Origin: Octopus sinensis
Taxonomy: Eukaryota
Length of the DNA: 64,000 nucleotides
NCBI RefSeq assembly: GCF_006345805.1
Contig: NC_043005.1
Coordinates: 89,342,001 to 89,406,000 of the forward strand
Direction of reading: 5' to 3'
Under the pieces are notes generated by a model. It was not told the DNA's origin. It searched no databases and worked only from the letters and a program-made list of their open reading frames with translations. Positions 37,699 to 51,840 of the stretch are shown here, piece after piece. Numbering within the stretch: position 1 is the stretch's first letter; each line of letters opens with the position of its first letter. The position numbers and the translations under genes are program-made.

Positions 37699-37950
37699 CA
37701 AGGGTTCTCAACCATATTTTTTTTTGTCAATTGACTCCCTTGGTTCCTATTTTATCCTGCTGTCCCCATATTAAAAAAAAACAAATCCTGTTATATTTTT
37801 ATAGTTAAATATAAAAAATTGTATTAGAAAAATTGTTAAAATACTTTTGTGTTTTGTAGGAGTGTAACCAACTTGTTGGACATAAATTTAAGCAACAAAA
37901 TCCTTATGTGGAGCTTCAAGGGTCATGTGGCCCCTGGTTGAGAATGACTG
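37699..37950. mobile_element. hAT (Charlie-like) MITE
   Basis: Ends caagggttctcaacc / ggttgagaatgactg; 8-bp flanks gtggagag / gggtagag match 6 of 8. Confidence 0.6.
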
Positions 37951-38770
37951 GGGTAGAGGGAAGGTTGCCTGGTTGATTGAGGAGTGGTCTTAGAAAATAT
38001 CATAAAATATTAACACAACCCTCACTTTTCTAAGTGTTGAGTAAACTGGTGCTCGTTATCTATAAATAGTTTATTGTTATTTATTACTCTTGTCCCTTTT
38101 TTCTCTTTTTTTAACTGAATTTATTTTATTTTGAGCAACCAATATATTTTTAGTCAAATCTTTTAGTCAAAGTTTTTTTGGCATAAAAAATTCCTTTAAA
38201 AATGTATTTTGTAACTAATGATTAATTCATATTCTGTTATTTCACATTTGTTATTATCATTATTATTATTATTGATACTCTCATTTCCGTTGCTGCTGGT
38301 CTGGATGTGAGGCGCATCTCTTTTGCTACTCGGAGTAAATTTTCAGTCCATTTCAAGTGTTTCTACATGTGAATAAGTGGTTTGCTGTTTCTTTACTGCA
38401 ACATAATACAATCATTATTATTACTACTACTACTACTACAATAGCCTCCTTCCTCCATCTGTGTCCAATACAACTACTACCACCACCACCACCACCACCA
38501 CCACCATCATCACAACCATTACCATTAGTAATACTATTGCCCCCATCACCAGAAAATAATTAAACCAAAAAACAAGAGCAATTATAAATAATCTTGATAT
38601 AAATTTGCTATTAGGAAAGTGTTTCTGAACGATATATATATATATATATAGCCACAGGAGTGGCTGTGTGGTAAGAGGCTTGCTTACCAACCACATGGTT
38701 CCAGGTTCAGTCTCACTGCCTGGGCACTTGTGAGTGGATTTGGTAGAAGGAAGCTGAAGGAAGACTGTTG

Positions 38771-38807
<37 letters not shown>

Positions 38808-38816
38808 ATGTATATT

Positions 38817-38849
<33 letters not shown>

Positions 38850-40363
38850 TTGTGTGTGTGTGTGTGTTTGTCCCCCCCCCATCGCTTGACAACTGATGTT
38901 GTCCCTGTAACTAAGCAGTTCAGCAAAAGAGAGCCAATAGAATAAGTACTAAGTTTACAAAGAATAAGTCCTGGGGTAATTAGTTCGACTGAAGGCAGTG
39001 CTCCAGCATGGCTGCAGTCAAATGAGCAAGTAAAAGATCAAAAGATTATGAGTGAGTGAACAAATGAAAGAAAGGTGCACTCAATACGTTTGGTTGGCGC
39101 TAAAGTCTGACTCAACTCCACATCACTTAGTTTCATGGGTGTAGGTCATGTCCACTTCTTCAGATGTACACACAAAATAATGATGGTACACACACAAATA
39201 TACATACATTTGTGTGTTTGTACATATGTGTACACACACACACTATAATTTCCTTAAAGATAAAAACCTTTCTTCTTATCACATTCCATGTTTTTGTTAA
39301 TTGGTGTCAAGACTTTAATCTCAAACTTGATTAATTGACGGCAAACTTGGGAAACACTCGATTCGAGTGGATTTGTTTGTGGAATGTTGTTTGTAAATTA
39401 TATTTGTCCTGACATGTGGCAGAGACATTTATCACTTTTATAAGACTGCTTAATTTGTGTATACGCATGCATGCAAGTATACTATTAACAATCTATGTGT
39501 ATACATGCATGCATGTATGTATTGTGTATATGCAAACAGTCGCACAATGTGTAGGTATTGACTTGATAGATACAAAGTGTGCATGGGTAAATATTAACTG
39601 GACACACAGATTCTATTGTAGTGTTGACCTGGTAAATACTGAGTGACAATATCGACAAGACGCAGCTGCACTTATTTTTATCATTTCTCCTTAAGGTTGG
39701 CAGAGTCGTTAGCAGACAAAATGCTTTGCAGTATCTCTCTTTATATCCTAAGTTCAAATTCCATTGAGGTTCACTTTGTATTTCATCTTTTCGGGCTTCA
39801 TGAAATGAGTATTAAGCTTTGGTGTAAAGAAATGCCCTCTCCCTCAAAATCTTCACTTTCTGCCAATAATAGAAAGAATTATTATTTTTATTATTATTTT
39901 TATTATTATTATTACTATTATAAGGCAAGGAGCTGGCAGAATCGTTAGCCCACCGGATAAAAGGCTTAATGACATTTTGTCCGACTTTATGTGCTGAGTT
40001 CAATTTCTGCTGATGTCAACTTTGCCTTTCATCCTTTTGGGGTCGATAAAATAAAGGACCAGCCAATGACAGGAATTGATGTAATCAACTAGTTTTCTCC
40101 CCCAAAACTGCAGACTTTATGCCTTTCATAAAAATAATAATTATTATTATCATTGAGGTGGTGAGCTGACAGAATTTTCTGTTGCATTAATTCTGGCTCT
40201 TTATGTTCCGAGTTCAAATCTCATCAAACTCAACTTCCATCTTTTCAGGGATTGATAAAATAAAATAGCAGTGAAGTGGTTGTCAGTTTAGCCAACTTCA
40301 GTCCCACATCTTAAAATTGCTGGCCTACAATGTTCTGGCCTTGGCCCTTAATTAGAGGGAATT

Positions 40364-42076
40364 GTGAGGGTTGGAAATGAGTACAGTGAAGAATTCCGGG
40401 TAGAGGTAGGGGTCCACCAAGGCTCAGTACTCAGCCCCCTCCTATTTATCATAGTCCTCCAGGCAATAACGGAGGAATTCAAGACAGGATGCCCTTGGGA
40501 GCTCCTCTATGCTGATGACCTTGCTCTAATTGCTGAGTCGCTATCAGAACTGGAGGAGAAGTTTCAGGTGTGGAAACAAGGATTAGAATCGAAGGGCCTC
40601 AGAGTCAATCTAGCTAAAACCAAAGTCGTAATCAGTAGGAAGGTAGACAAATCACAAACACCTTCAGGTAGATGGCCCTGCTCGATCTGTAGAAAAGGTG
40701 TAGGTAGAAACTCTATAAGATGCACCAAGTGTAAGCTATGGACACATAAGAGATGCAGCAATGTCAAAGGAAGGCTAACTAGGAAGATGGTTTTTGTATG
40801 TGGCAGATGCTCAGGAACAATAAACACTGAAAATGCTCTGAGACCAACTTCCGTCACTTTCCAGGGAGAAAAACTAGAAATAGTTGATAGTTTCCGTTAC
40901 CTAGGTGACCAAGTCAGCAGCGGGGGGGGTGTGCTGAAAGTGTAACTGCTAGAGTAAGAATAGCTTGGGCAAAGTTCAGAGAGCTCTTACCTCTGCTGGT
41001 GACAAAAGGCCTCTCGCACAGAGTGAAAGGCAGACTGTATGATGCGTGTGTACGAACAGCCATGCTACATGGCAGTGAAACATGGGCCGTGACTGCTGAG
41101 GATATGCGTAAGCTCGCTAGAAATGAAGCCAGTATGCTCCGATGGATGTGTAATGCCGGTACTCACACTCGGCAGAGTGTAAGTACCTTGAGAGAAAAGC
41201 TGGACCTAAGAAGCATCAGTTGTGGTGTGCAAGAGAGACGTTTGCGCTGGTATGGTCATGTGGCGAGAATGGATGAAGATAGTTGTGTGAAAAAGTGCCA
41301 CACCCTAGCGGTTGAGGGAACCTGTGGAAGAGGCAGACCCAGGAAAACCTGGGACGAGGTGGTGAAGCACGACCTTCGAACTTTAGGTCTCACTGAGGAA
41401 ATGACTAGAGACCGAGACCTCTGGAAGTGTGCTGTGCGCGAGAAGACCCGGCAGGACAAGTGAGTCCACAACCCGTGGCCTTCTACATGGGATGGAGCCA
41501 GCCTACGTATGCATACCTTCCCTTCTTGGGACACAAAACTCTACTTGTGAAGACGTGTTGAGGCAAGTGAGGATCAGAATCGAAATCGATCAATGGAAAT
41601 TGCGGATGTGCTACCAGTGCCGGTGGCATGTCGAAACTCTGCTTGTGAAGACCCATTGAGGCAAGTGAGGATCAGAATCGAAATCGATCAATGGAAATCG
41701 ATCAATGGAAATTGCAGATGTGTTACCAGTGCCGGTGGCATGTAAGAGAACTTTCCGTTTCGCGACCGTTGCCAGCACCGCCCCGTTTCGTGTCCGTTGC
41801 CAGCCTCGCCTGGCCCTCGTGCCGGTGGCACATAAAAAGCACCATCCATTCGTGGCCGTTTGCCAGCTCTGTCTGGCACCAGTGCGGGTGGCACGTAAAA
41901 AGCACCCACTACACTCACGGAGTGGTTGGCGTTAGGAAGGGCATCCAGCCGTAGAAACACTGCCAGATTTGACTGGGCCTGATGAAGCCTTCTGGCTTCA
42001 CAGACCCCAGTAGAACCGTCCAACCCATGCTAGCATGGAAAACGGACGCTAAATGAGGATGATGATGATGATGATG
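40364..42076 (+). mobile_element. 5'-truncated RTE-clade LINE (RT C-terminal half + long 3'UTR + (GAT)n tail)
   Basis: GVHQGSVLSPLLF, YADDL, FRYLGD, LHGSETW, RLRWYGHV, RGRPRKTW; a single -1 slip in a G run near 40922; stop at 41463. Confidence 0.95.
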
Positions 42077-43361
42077 GATTGGAAGTGCTGGAGAAAACTT
42101 TTGTGCTTTATCGGTTTTGGTTTTTTATCTTCTGAGTTCAAATCCCATTGAAGTTACCCTTGTCCTTCCAGCATCAATAAAAAAAAAATCACTGGTGGGG
42201 TTGGTTTAAGTAGGTCCCTTGTCCCAAGATTCTTCACCCTAAGCTGTTTAGAAATAATTTTTATATCAAATTATAATTGATATTGGTTTCAAATTTTGGC
42301 AAAAGGCCAGCAAGTGCAGCGGCTAGGGTGGAGTAAGTTGGTTACATTGACACCAGTACACAACTCGTACTTATTTTATTGACCCCAAACGGACGAAAGG
42401 CAAAGTCGACCTTGGCGGAATTTGAACCCAGAGCATAATGACAAACAAAATGCCATTAAGTATTTTGTCTGGTGTGCTAACGATTCTGCCAGCTTGCCAC
42501 CTTAATTGTAATTAATACTTGAGAATGAATATTTGAAGATTGGTAAGCACTGAATAGTAAGCACTGAAAAGTCAAAGATAAATTGTAAGAGAAACCAAGA
42601 TAGAAATGTAAAACTTCAATCATTTTGTAAAGAATAAGCTACAAACCCAACAGTATTCTGGTCTTTTTCCCCTAAAAACATAAGACCTTGTGCATATTCA
42701 GCAGAAAACAATACTTAGAAATAAATGGTTGTTGTGCTGCTGCAGTTTCAGTCATCTTTGTCCGAACTAAATTCTGACATTGAGCTTTTGCAGTTGTTTT
42801 GTTGCAGTTGTAAAAAAAAAAAAAGAAATGGTAAAGAGAATATGCTGCTGGATTGCTAGCTCATACTCAGATTCTGTTAGTATTTCACTGAGAGTCTGCA
42901 TCGAACAATTCTATTTAGTTTTTGGCAATGGTTATCAGCAATAGACTGATGATTTAAACAAAGGGTTGGGTTACCATTTACTTGAGTGCCGTGAAACTGG
43001 AGTTAAGTGTTGGAACTTAAATGTCACTTGGGGACTCGTGAGATATTCATATTACACAAAGAAAAAAACGAAAACTTAGACACAAAAACCTCGTTTGACA
43101 TTTGTTTAAAATTAATAATTATAAATAGAAATGTTTCAAGAATCTATTTCTTTATTTGAAAACCTGCTCCGTCCTGGAACATTCTTCTATGAAATAATAT
43201 AACTTTTTTAACTCTCTAAAATTGTATAAAGCCTTAAATCCTGCTATAAATATCATTTTTGGTTTGGCATCTTGTATTTCTACTTTCGTATCCCCCCTGG
43301 GCCATGATGATAACCAGTTTTTTAAATTTATTTGTTTAGTCTTTTATTTTTGTCTCCTCAG

Positions 43362-43717
43362 GTAATGTTGAACTAAACTATTCAAGATTTTCCATCTACA
43401 AGACTCTGGAGCAGATCAGTGCAACCTTACGCTGGGCAAATGGCCTGATGGAGGAACACAAACCTTGGCAATTGGTGAAGCACTGTGACCAGAAAGACCA
43501 CCTCAACACATTGCTGCACATCACCCTGGAAACATTGCGGGTTTGTGCATTGTTGCTATCACCTGTAATTCCAGAACTTTCTGGTAAACTTCTAAATAGA
43601 TTAGGTGTCCCTCCAGAAAACCAAACTTGGAATGATATTAGATCCCAGCAACAAACCGATCAACCTTTAGGGAACGACAGCAGTGTTTTACTGAAACGAA
43701 TAAAATTCCAACATTAA
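43362..43717 (+). CDS. MARS2: MARS2 exon 12 (last coding exon)
   Basis: cctcag|(G)NVELNYSRFSIYKTLEQISATLRWANGLMEEHKPWQLV...LETLRVCALLLSPVIPELSGKLLNRLG...RIKFQH*. Confidence 0.96.
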
Positions 43718-44221
43718 AATCTCAATTCAAAACCAACAGAATTTCTCTTATATTTCTTCATGTTTTTGTATTTATATTTCTAATGTTTTCTTCTTGTCAG
43801 GTTTTCTACTGTAGCAATAAACCATTTTAGCCATTTTGAAATGTGGCGCGAATTGGCAATATGACGTAATGTCTTTGCCGAAGAATTATCATTTTCGTTT
43901 TTTTCCATTGGTTAATATAACTGCTCATATAAAGATTCTAGAAGTTTCGTAAAGAATATCTGTCATGAATTTCGATTCTTTTTAGTCAAGTTGAACAGTT
44001 ATAAAAACCCTGGATTTTGGAAAATAAATCAGTGTTCGTTTGGTAGTCACTCAACTCCACGTCACTCACTCTTTTGGAGACATCTGTAATTTTTTATGCC
44101 ATGTCTAAGTTAATCACAAATCTATTTTGATTTGTTGGTTAACGTATTAGATAGAAAGAAGAAATTAGCTAAGGAATTTATAGTCGTTTTTCTTCACGAC
44201 GAAGTTATCTTTCTTACTGTA

Positions 44222-44295
44222 AATAAATATAAAATGTTATATTTATATAATAAAAAATGATTAAAAAGAATATGTTTCTCTTCACGTTTGTTTTT
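44222..44295 (+). terminator. Candidate MARS2 polyadenylation region
   Basis: AATAAA at 44222 and 44249 followed by a GT/T-rich tract (44271-44295); another AATAAA at 44023. Confidence 0.35.
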
Positions 44296-45480
44296 CAACT
44301 GAGCATAGATAAATATGCATTTCTGTAATCTTTGATTTATGTTTCTTATAGCGATTTAAAGGACACGATTAAAATATTCAACATACATGGTCGTTGATGT
44401 AGCGTTCCATGCATATATGTCTATATGACGTTATAACTGCAGTTAGGGTTTTAGATATGATGATAACACTTGAGTATAAGTGACGTTGAATCATTATATT
44501 TTCCTTTACTCAGAGAAAAGCCTAAATAAATAATATAACTTAAGAGAAAGCTTAAGGTAGAATAAACCGACAACCGCCGTAGGAAGCTACAATATGTATG
44601 TCTTATAGAACAAAGGGCAAATAGCATCTATAACTCACAAGAATCTCTCTCACAGCTGACAATAACTGGTTTCGGTGAAAGTGAAGTATAGAGCACTGTG
44701 TATCAGAACTAATTGAACCAGAAAATTAAGATTCTTAATTAAAGAATAACAGACCTGTGATCCATTATTGGTGATGCGGAGTATTTATTAAGTGAAATTA
44801 TTTCACAGTCCCTGGGCAGCACTCCAGTCTCTTAAAAGTAACTTTCCACATAAAATTTTCATCAATTAAAACTTCATGGGTTACTCCATTAATTATACTA
44901 TAAATAGATAAATATATACATGTTATATGTATATTATATATGTGTGTGTGTGTCATCATCGTTTAACGTCCGCTTTCCATGCTGGCATGGGTTGGACAAT
45001 TTGACTGAGGACTGGCGAGCCAGATGGCTGTACCAGGCTCCAATCTGATTTGGCAAAGTTTCTATAGCTGGATGCCCTTCCTAACACCAACCACTCTGAG
45101 TGTGTAGTGGGTGCTTTTATGTGACACCGGCACAGGGGCCAGTCAGATGGTTCTGGCAACAACCACACTCAAAAGGTGTTTTTTACATGCTACCTGCATG
45201 GGAGCCAGTCCGGCGGCACTGGCATCGACCACACTCGAATGTTGTTTTTCACGTTCCACCAGCAGATTTACCAGTAAGACGATGCTGGCAACGGTCACAC
45301 TTGAATGGTGCTTTTAACGTGCCACTGGCACAGGAGCCAATCTGTGGCCCTGGCAATGACCACGCTCAGATGTGCTTTTAATGTTCCACTGGCACAAGTG
45401 CCAATCAGGCAGTACTGTCATCAGCCATGTCAGTGATTTTGATTTGTTTTTGTGTGTGTGTTTAAATACACACACACACT

Positions 45481-45740
45481 ATGAGGTGGTGAAGCATGAC
45501 CTTCGAACATTGGGCCTCACAGAGGCAATGACAAAAGACTGAGACCTCTGGTGATATGCTGTGACTGCAAAGACCCGGAAAATAAAGTGAGTTCACAGCT
45601 GTGACCTACACCAGTGTTGCATAACTAGCCCACTCAAAAGTACCTTGGATCGTAGGGTGACATGCCATGCTTGAGAAGACCTATTGAGTCAAGTACATCA
45701 ACTTCAAAATCAAATGGAAATTGTAGTTGTGATCCCCGTG
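45481..45740 (+). mobile_element. RTE LINE fragment (ORF2 end and start of 3'UTR)
   Basis: Homologous to 41355-41460 (gaggtggtgaagca.gaccttcgaac...aagacccgg). Confidence 0.75.
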
Positions 45741-46919
45741 TCAGTGGCACATAAAAAGTACCATCTGAGTGTGGCCAATGCCAGCGCCGCTTTGACTGGC
45801 TTCTTTCCAGAGGCAGGGCAAGGAACCAAATTCTGCTGCCGCAGATATGGCCTTTTGGCAGTAACCCTCTCCAGCTAAGATTTGACCAGTCTTCAGCAGC
45901 TTTACATAGCCGTCTGAATTGAGCCAAAGGCCCTTCTCAAAAGTGCGGGGTCACATGACACCACCCTTACTGTAGACACACCCAAAGACCATCACAGTAT
46001 GAGGGAACTTGGTTTTCATAATGTCTGTGGCATCATATGGATGTCTTTACAATGTTCCCAGAGCACTGAGCAGCTGCCATCATGTCAACATTTTCATACT
46101 CGGCATGAATCATCATCATCATCATCATACAAGTAACTCTGCTCCAATATTCAGATGCTCTCCAGTCCTCCATGTCAGATGACTTTTTCTCAACTACAAC
46201 TTTAATCTTTATGCTCTCCAACGCCATTGACCTGTTCACCAAAACATCAAGCTGTTTGTGAGCAAAAGGAGGCATAAAACAATCACCAAATTTAGCCTGA
46301 TCACCCTGTATTTATATCCCTTGATGTTATGAGTTCAAATCCCACCAATCATGGCTTTTTATTCTTCCACAGTCGATAAATTAACTACGAGTCATGTAGT
46401 ACAATCACTCCGACTGATTATCCATTCCCCTTAAATCAATCTAATTGACTACCCACTTCCATGCCATAGATCTTCATTATCTGCTCGCATCAAATTTGTA
46501 GCTTTCACCCTATCACAAATCTACGTATTATTTGTTTCCGGTCACCAAACCAATATTGCATGCAGGCAACAAGATCGTCTGCATCATATTCTGCTGGAGA
46601 TTTCCCTCACAACATGAAACTAATGCAGTGGTGTGCATGTCCCACGGGTGGAGACATAGCAATATTTTGATAGACTGGAAGTTACTTCAGAATGGGGCGT
46701 AAGTAACAAAGAAATAAAACTTGCAATAATGTTTTAATTAAGACTTTTGAGTAAAAACGAGTACTGGAATTTACTTGAAACATTGCAATACATAAATGAT
46801 ATAAATATTAAAGAAAATTCTTTGGGCCATGCTGGTGAGAAGTTAAGTAAAATATGCAAGGTGTAGCCAATAAATAAAAATAAAGAGAAAAGATATTATA
46901 TTATATTGCAGGGCAAACA

Positions 46920-47180
46920 ACAGATAGGCGGCGATGGGGAAACAAAAATAACCACCCGGATGAAAAGACCTATGCAGAAGGAACCATGGACAACCGTCCA
47001 ACGGAGAAGAAAAACAGAGAGGAACTGGGGACAAGAAAACCCAGATAACATGCAAATTCTTCCGGAATGGAACCTGCTGGCATGAGAAAACGGGGAAGGA
47101 TGCAGGTTCGCTCATTCCCAGGCCCTATGGAAATGCATCCAAACCCACTCGACAAAATGCCTTAACCATAACCAGATGTA
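46920..47180 (+). pseudogene. Frameshifted CCCH zinc-finger fragment, probably a LINE ORF1 remnant
   Basis: CKFFRNGTCWHEK/NGEGCRFAH across one frameshift; KTYAE and EPWTTVQRRRK in adjacent frames. Confidence 0.45.
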
Positions 47181-48861
47181 AAATGTCCAGCAGCAGCAGT
47201 AGAATTGCTACATCGTAAAATTTCTGTGTATTTCTATGTCATCCGTATCCATTATCATTGTATGCTTCAACAAATTTCCCCTCTACTGATTTATAAAATA
47301 ACTGATTGATCAGTCACTGATGTTGCAAATAACTGGCAGGCTGTGTAAAAATTCATTACTAGCAATGCCAGCAATATTAGTATACCTACTACTACTGATA
47401 TGCAAATACACAGAAGTCACATGATCTAGCAATCCCATCACCGGTGCTGGACATTTTTTTGTCTCAGTTCTTTTTAGTGGTATACATGTGCCTGTGAGGC
47501 CTTCTCAAGATGAAGGCTGCTGTGTTGTGGCTTTGGACAATCTATCCGCTTTAGGTAAAAGATGCTGAGTGCTTTTATGCATCTTTTATCATTTACTCGT
47601 TTCAGTTATGAGACTGGGGCCTTGCTGGGATGCTGCATTCAAGAGCTTTTAGTCAAATGAAATGACCCCCAGTTCTTATTCTGTCAGTTACCTTTGTCAA
47701 ACTGCTAAGTTACAGAGACATAAACACATCAACACTGGTTAGCTTGTCAGGCAGTAGTGGGGCACAAACACAAAGACACACACACACACTGGGCTTCGTC
47801 TCAGTTTCCATCTTCCAAATCCATTCACAAAGCTTTTTGGTTGACCCGAGACTATAATTAAAGACATTTGCCCAAGGTGCCACACAGTGGGATTGAACCG
47901 AGAACCACGTGGTTGGGAAGAAAATTTCTTACCACACAGCCACTCTTGTGCCTACACACACACACACACACTTTGTCCATTCAGGATTAGAAACCAAAAA
48001 TGGCTGAAAAACAGTGAACAAATGTAAAAACGGTGGTTGTGATGGTGGTGGTGGTGGTTGTGATGATGGTGGTGGTGGTGATGGTAGTTGTGATGATGGT
48101 GATGGTGGTATGGTTATGATTGTGTTGTGTAATGGATGTTGCACTACTGTGGTGGGGCAAAAGTATCCATCGTGATGTTGATGTGTTGCTTAATCTAGCC
48201 AAACAGATTTTGTAATCAAAGATGTTCTAGCCATGACCATCCTGTCTTTTATGCAAATATAGTGCATCTAGCATAACCATTATGCAAAGATTTGAAGGAT
48301 ATCTGACTGCTATTTTTAGCAGGTTGAGTAACCATGTAGTAGCTTCCTCATTGGTGTATGGTGGTGGGGGTGGTGAAACTATTTAGAGAGGGTGGAGGGT
48401 GTCATTGTGGTGTATTTGGTAGAAGTTAGAGGTGATGGCAGTGACAGGGTTAATGTTGATATAGGTAGTGGGGGTAACGGCACACATGGAATGATTTTTT
48501 TTCCCCAAAAACAATTGTGCTGCTGTGTAATATATTTAAATATGATTCATCAAACTTCCATCCAATGAAATGGTTTTCTCTTTAAACCCCCCTGACCCCC
48601 ACCCCTGTCTCCCATTTTTTTTATTTGTGCCTCTTTCTCTTTCCTCAGGATATGTCTCTCGTCTTTGCTTATGGAAAATGTGTGACAAGCACACACAGAC
48701 AGACATGCACACACACACACACATTCTCATAACTAAAATATACAATCATTAGAACCTTCAGAAAATATTTCTGAAATGTGGAAACCCAAATCAGCTGATC
48801 TCCCTCTTGTTATTGGTTTTTACTGTTGTGAATGTGTGTATGGTGGGGTGATGGGGGTGAA

Positions 48862-49160
48862 GGCTTGTGGCGTAGTGGTTTGGGTATTCAGCTCGTGATC
48901 ACAAGGTCGTGAGCTCAATTCCTAGTAGCACCTTGTGTCCTTGGGCAAAGCACTTTATTTCATGTTGCTCCAGTTCACTCAGCTGGCAAAAGTGTGTTGT
49001 ACCTGTAATTCACATGGGGCCAGCCATATCAGATCTGAGTCATGCTGAATCTCCCTGAGAACAATGTCAAGGGTGTCTGTGGAGTCCTCAGCCACTTACA
49101 TGTTAATTTCATGAGCAGGCTGTTCAGTTGGTCAGATCAGCTGGAACCCTCATCGTCGTA
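48862..49160 (+). mobile_element. tRNA-derived SINE family D, related copy
   Basis: gtggcgtagtggtt..gagctcaattcc..gtgtccttgggcaaagcactttatttcatgttgctccagttcactcagctg. Confidence 0.7.
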
Positions 49161-49830
49161 ACCATACTGTTTAACAGTATGGTTATGTATGTGTGTGTGA
49201 CTTTAAATCGACATATGTCTGTACACGTAGGCTTTAATTCTTATGAAACGCCCATCGTATTCAACAAATGCGTCCTTGTAAAACTCGCCCACAAGATTCC
49301 GCTGACAGATTCTGGTGGTGATTACAAGAACAGGAGAAAAGTGATTTGTACTGGCCTAATATCATACAGTTTTATAGGAGAAGGAATCAACGCTGGTCTG
49401 GTTGTTAATTGTTCAAAGAAAGAATTAATCTATATAATGCTAATTATAGTATAGAAAGGGAATTATTCTAAAGACTGCAGACCTCTTCAAGTGCTTGTTT
49501 AGAGTTTGGAGAAATAAGTTTTGAAAAAAGCAGCAGAAGCAATGAGCATGTTAAAAATTCTATGGAAGACTAACTGTCACACAACACAGACACGCACACA
49601 CACACATAGTAAGATCAATATTACTTTATGGTCATCCATTCTGGCATTGCTACATTTGACATTAAATTCTTAGGAATTAAGTAGAATATAAGGAATTGGA
49701 TGGCATGATCACAAGAGAGTGAGGAACATGGTTTATGTAAGATTGAGGATAATTTTATGATGATGGAGGGTGGGGAGGCATCACATACGTGAGATAGAAA
49801 TATTGTTTGGGATGTAATTAGGTGGAGAGC

Positions 49831-49873
<43 letters not shown>

Positions 49874-51805
49874 TGTGTGTGTGTGGGGTAAGAATGGTGC
49901 AATAGGAAACAAAGGAGGAATATTGAGATAAGGGACACGGCACAAGATGGATGTGTTTGGTGAAAATTCTTCAAAATTCTATGCACACCACTGGAAGAAG
50001 AATATTGGTTTCAAATTTCAGTGGAGGGGGTAAGTCAATTACGTCAACCCTACTGTTCAACTGGTACTTATTTTATTTTGACCCCAAAGGATAAAAGGCA
50101 AAGTCAACCTTGGCATAATTTGAACTCAGAACATATAAAGACCGGTGAAATGCTTAGCAGCATTTCACCCAGCATGCTAACAATTCTGCCACCCTAGAAG
50201 AAGAACATATTAATAAATTAATTAATGACACTCTCTATACCATTTGTTTGACTGGTAATTTAATTATATAACTTTTTAACTCAATCACTTACTAATGAAT
50301 ACACTATTATGCAAATTGAATCGACCAGTTTAACTAAACCTATGTTTGTGTTTCATAAAAATAACTGTAAACTTTCAATCTCTCCATGCGTAAAGGTAAT
50401 GGGTGTATGTTCTCTGATGAATCTCCAAATAGAGTTCAACTTGCTTACTTAATATAAGATCACAAACTGTTAGTCACATAAAGTTAGAAACAATGTACCT
50501 CAGCAATGTCTTTGTAACCTCAGATATATTGCCAACTGCCCTCTGAACAATAGGTGCTTCAAGAAGGAGCTAGTGTAGAGAGATGACTTTGACAAGATAC
50601 TGAAAACATGTCAATATCATTGAGATCACTTTGAAGACTTGGTACATACAGTATTCCACCAGAGAACATAGGAAGAAAAAGAAACTCTTTCTTACTTTCA
50701 AGATTCAACTGATGGATTGTGATGAGGAACACAGCTTTCAGATGTAGTATCACAGCAAGTGCAAGAAAATACTGTGGGAATGGGGAGAAAATGAAATCTA
50801 TGTACAATGAAGGAAACATCGTCAACAAAAAGAAACCTTTTGCCTGCACACAATCATTCAAACACGTCCCTGTCCTGACTGAGTATCAGAATCAACCTGG
50901 TTACCCCACCCCCACTAACCCCATCTTATTCACCTTTCCCTCATGTTCTCTTTTATTTCTCCACTCTCCCCCACCCCATCAACCAACATCATACCCCTTC
51001 TACCACAAACATTTATCCTACATCCTGACTGAGCCCCTGAAGGACATTGACTTTTGCTTTTGAAGAATATTCTTTGCCTAACCATTTTGCTGACCCTTCT
51101 CACACAGGAGGGGCAAAAAAAGCGTTTCTGCAATACAGTCCTTGTGGTAGGTTTTAGGGAACTAATCTTGGTACACACCACCACAGAGCTTTGGGTGGAA
51201 GTGCTGTAAATAACAAACTACAATAGAACTTGGCAAGCCGGAAGCACAACAAGAGATCTCCACCATAATGCTATGGACTTTTAGTGGACAAACCCAGACT
51301 TGATCTGCTAAAAGCTTGAAAAAAGAATCTAAAAAGATCTCAGACAGGCAATTACAACAGCAACAACTATAAGATGGTGGGGAGGCACAGAACAATTCTG
51401 AAATGAATTATAGATGAACCCTAAACTGACAGGCAGCCAGCCACATCACAGTTCTTGAATGGTGAGTATTAAGAAAATAGTGACAGCAGAACCAATGCAG
51501 ACAGACACATAAACCATCAGTTGCCAGACAACCATGCAACGTAATTCATTATTACTGAAAGTTCAGAGCTAGAAATTGAGTCCAGCTCATGGCACTGCAC
51601 CAAGTAACATATAGAACAACAATGTCTAGAAGTAAGTTAAACGGTGGAGATATTATATAACTGCCAAAAACTGAATCTATCCAAAAGAACTTTGTAACAT
51701 TATAACTATTTTGCAGTTGGGTTTTCTATTTACTGCAAATGCACTTCTTTGCAGTTGTTAATTGTGTGTGTGTGTGTGTGTGTGTGTGCTTCTAATGTTA
51801 CAGTT

Positions 51806-51840
<35 letters not shown>

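Noticed and set aside
43355-43367. CAG|GTAATG at the MARS2 exon 12 acceptor as a recursive splice site
   Set aside because: Explained by the coding sequence (Gly-Asn); it is the terminal exon and there is no evidence of downstream use.
44652-44710. Minus-strand hammerhead-like motif (ctgataca...gaaac...gtc)
   Set aside because: Core G8 is lost and stem II is poorly formed; at best a decayed relic.
47478-47554. Exon-like segment (tttttag|...|gtaaaa) encoding GIHVPVRPSQDEGCCVVALDNLSAL
   Set aside because: No recognisable homology and no partner exons; splice-like signals arise by chance in AT-rich DNA.
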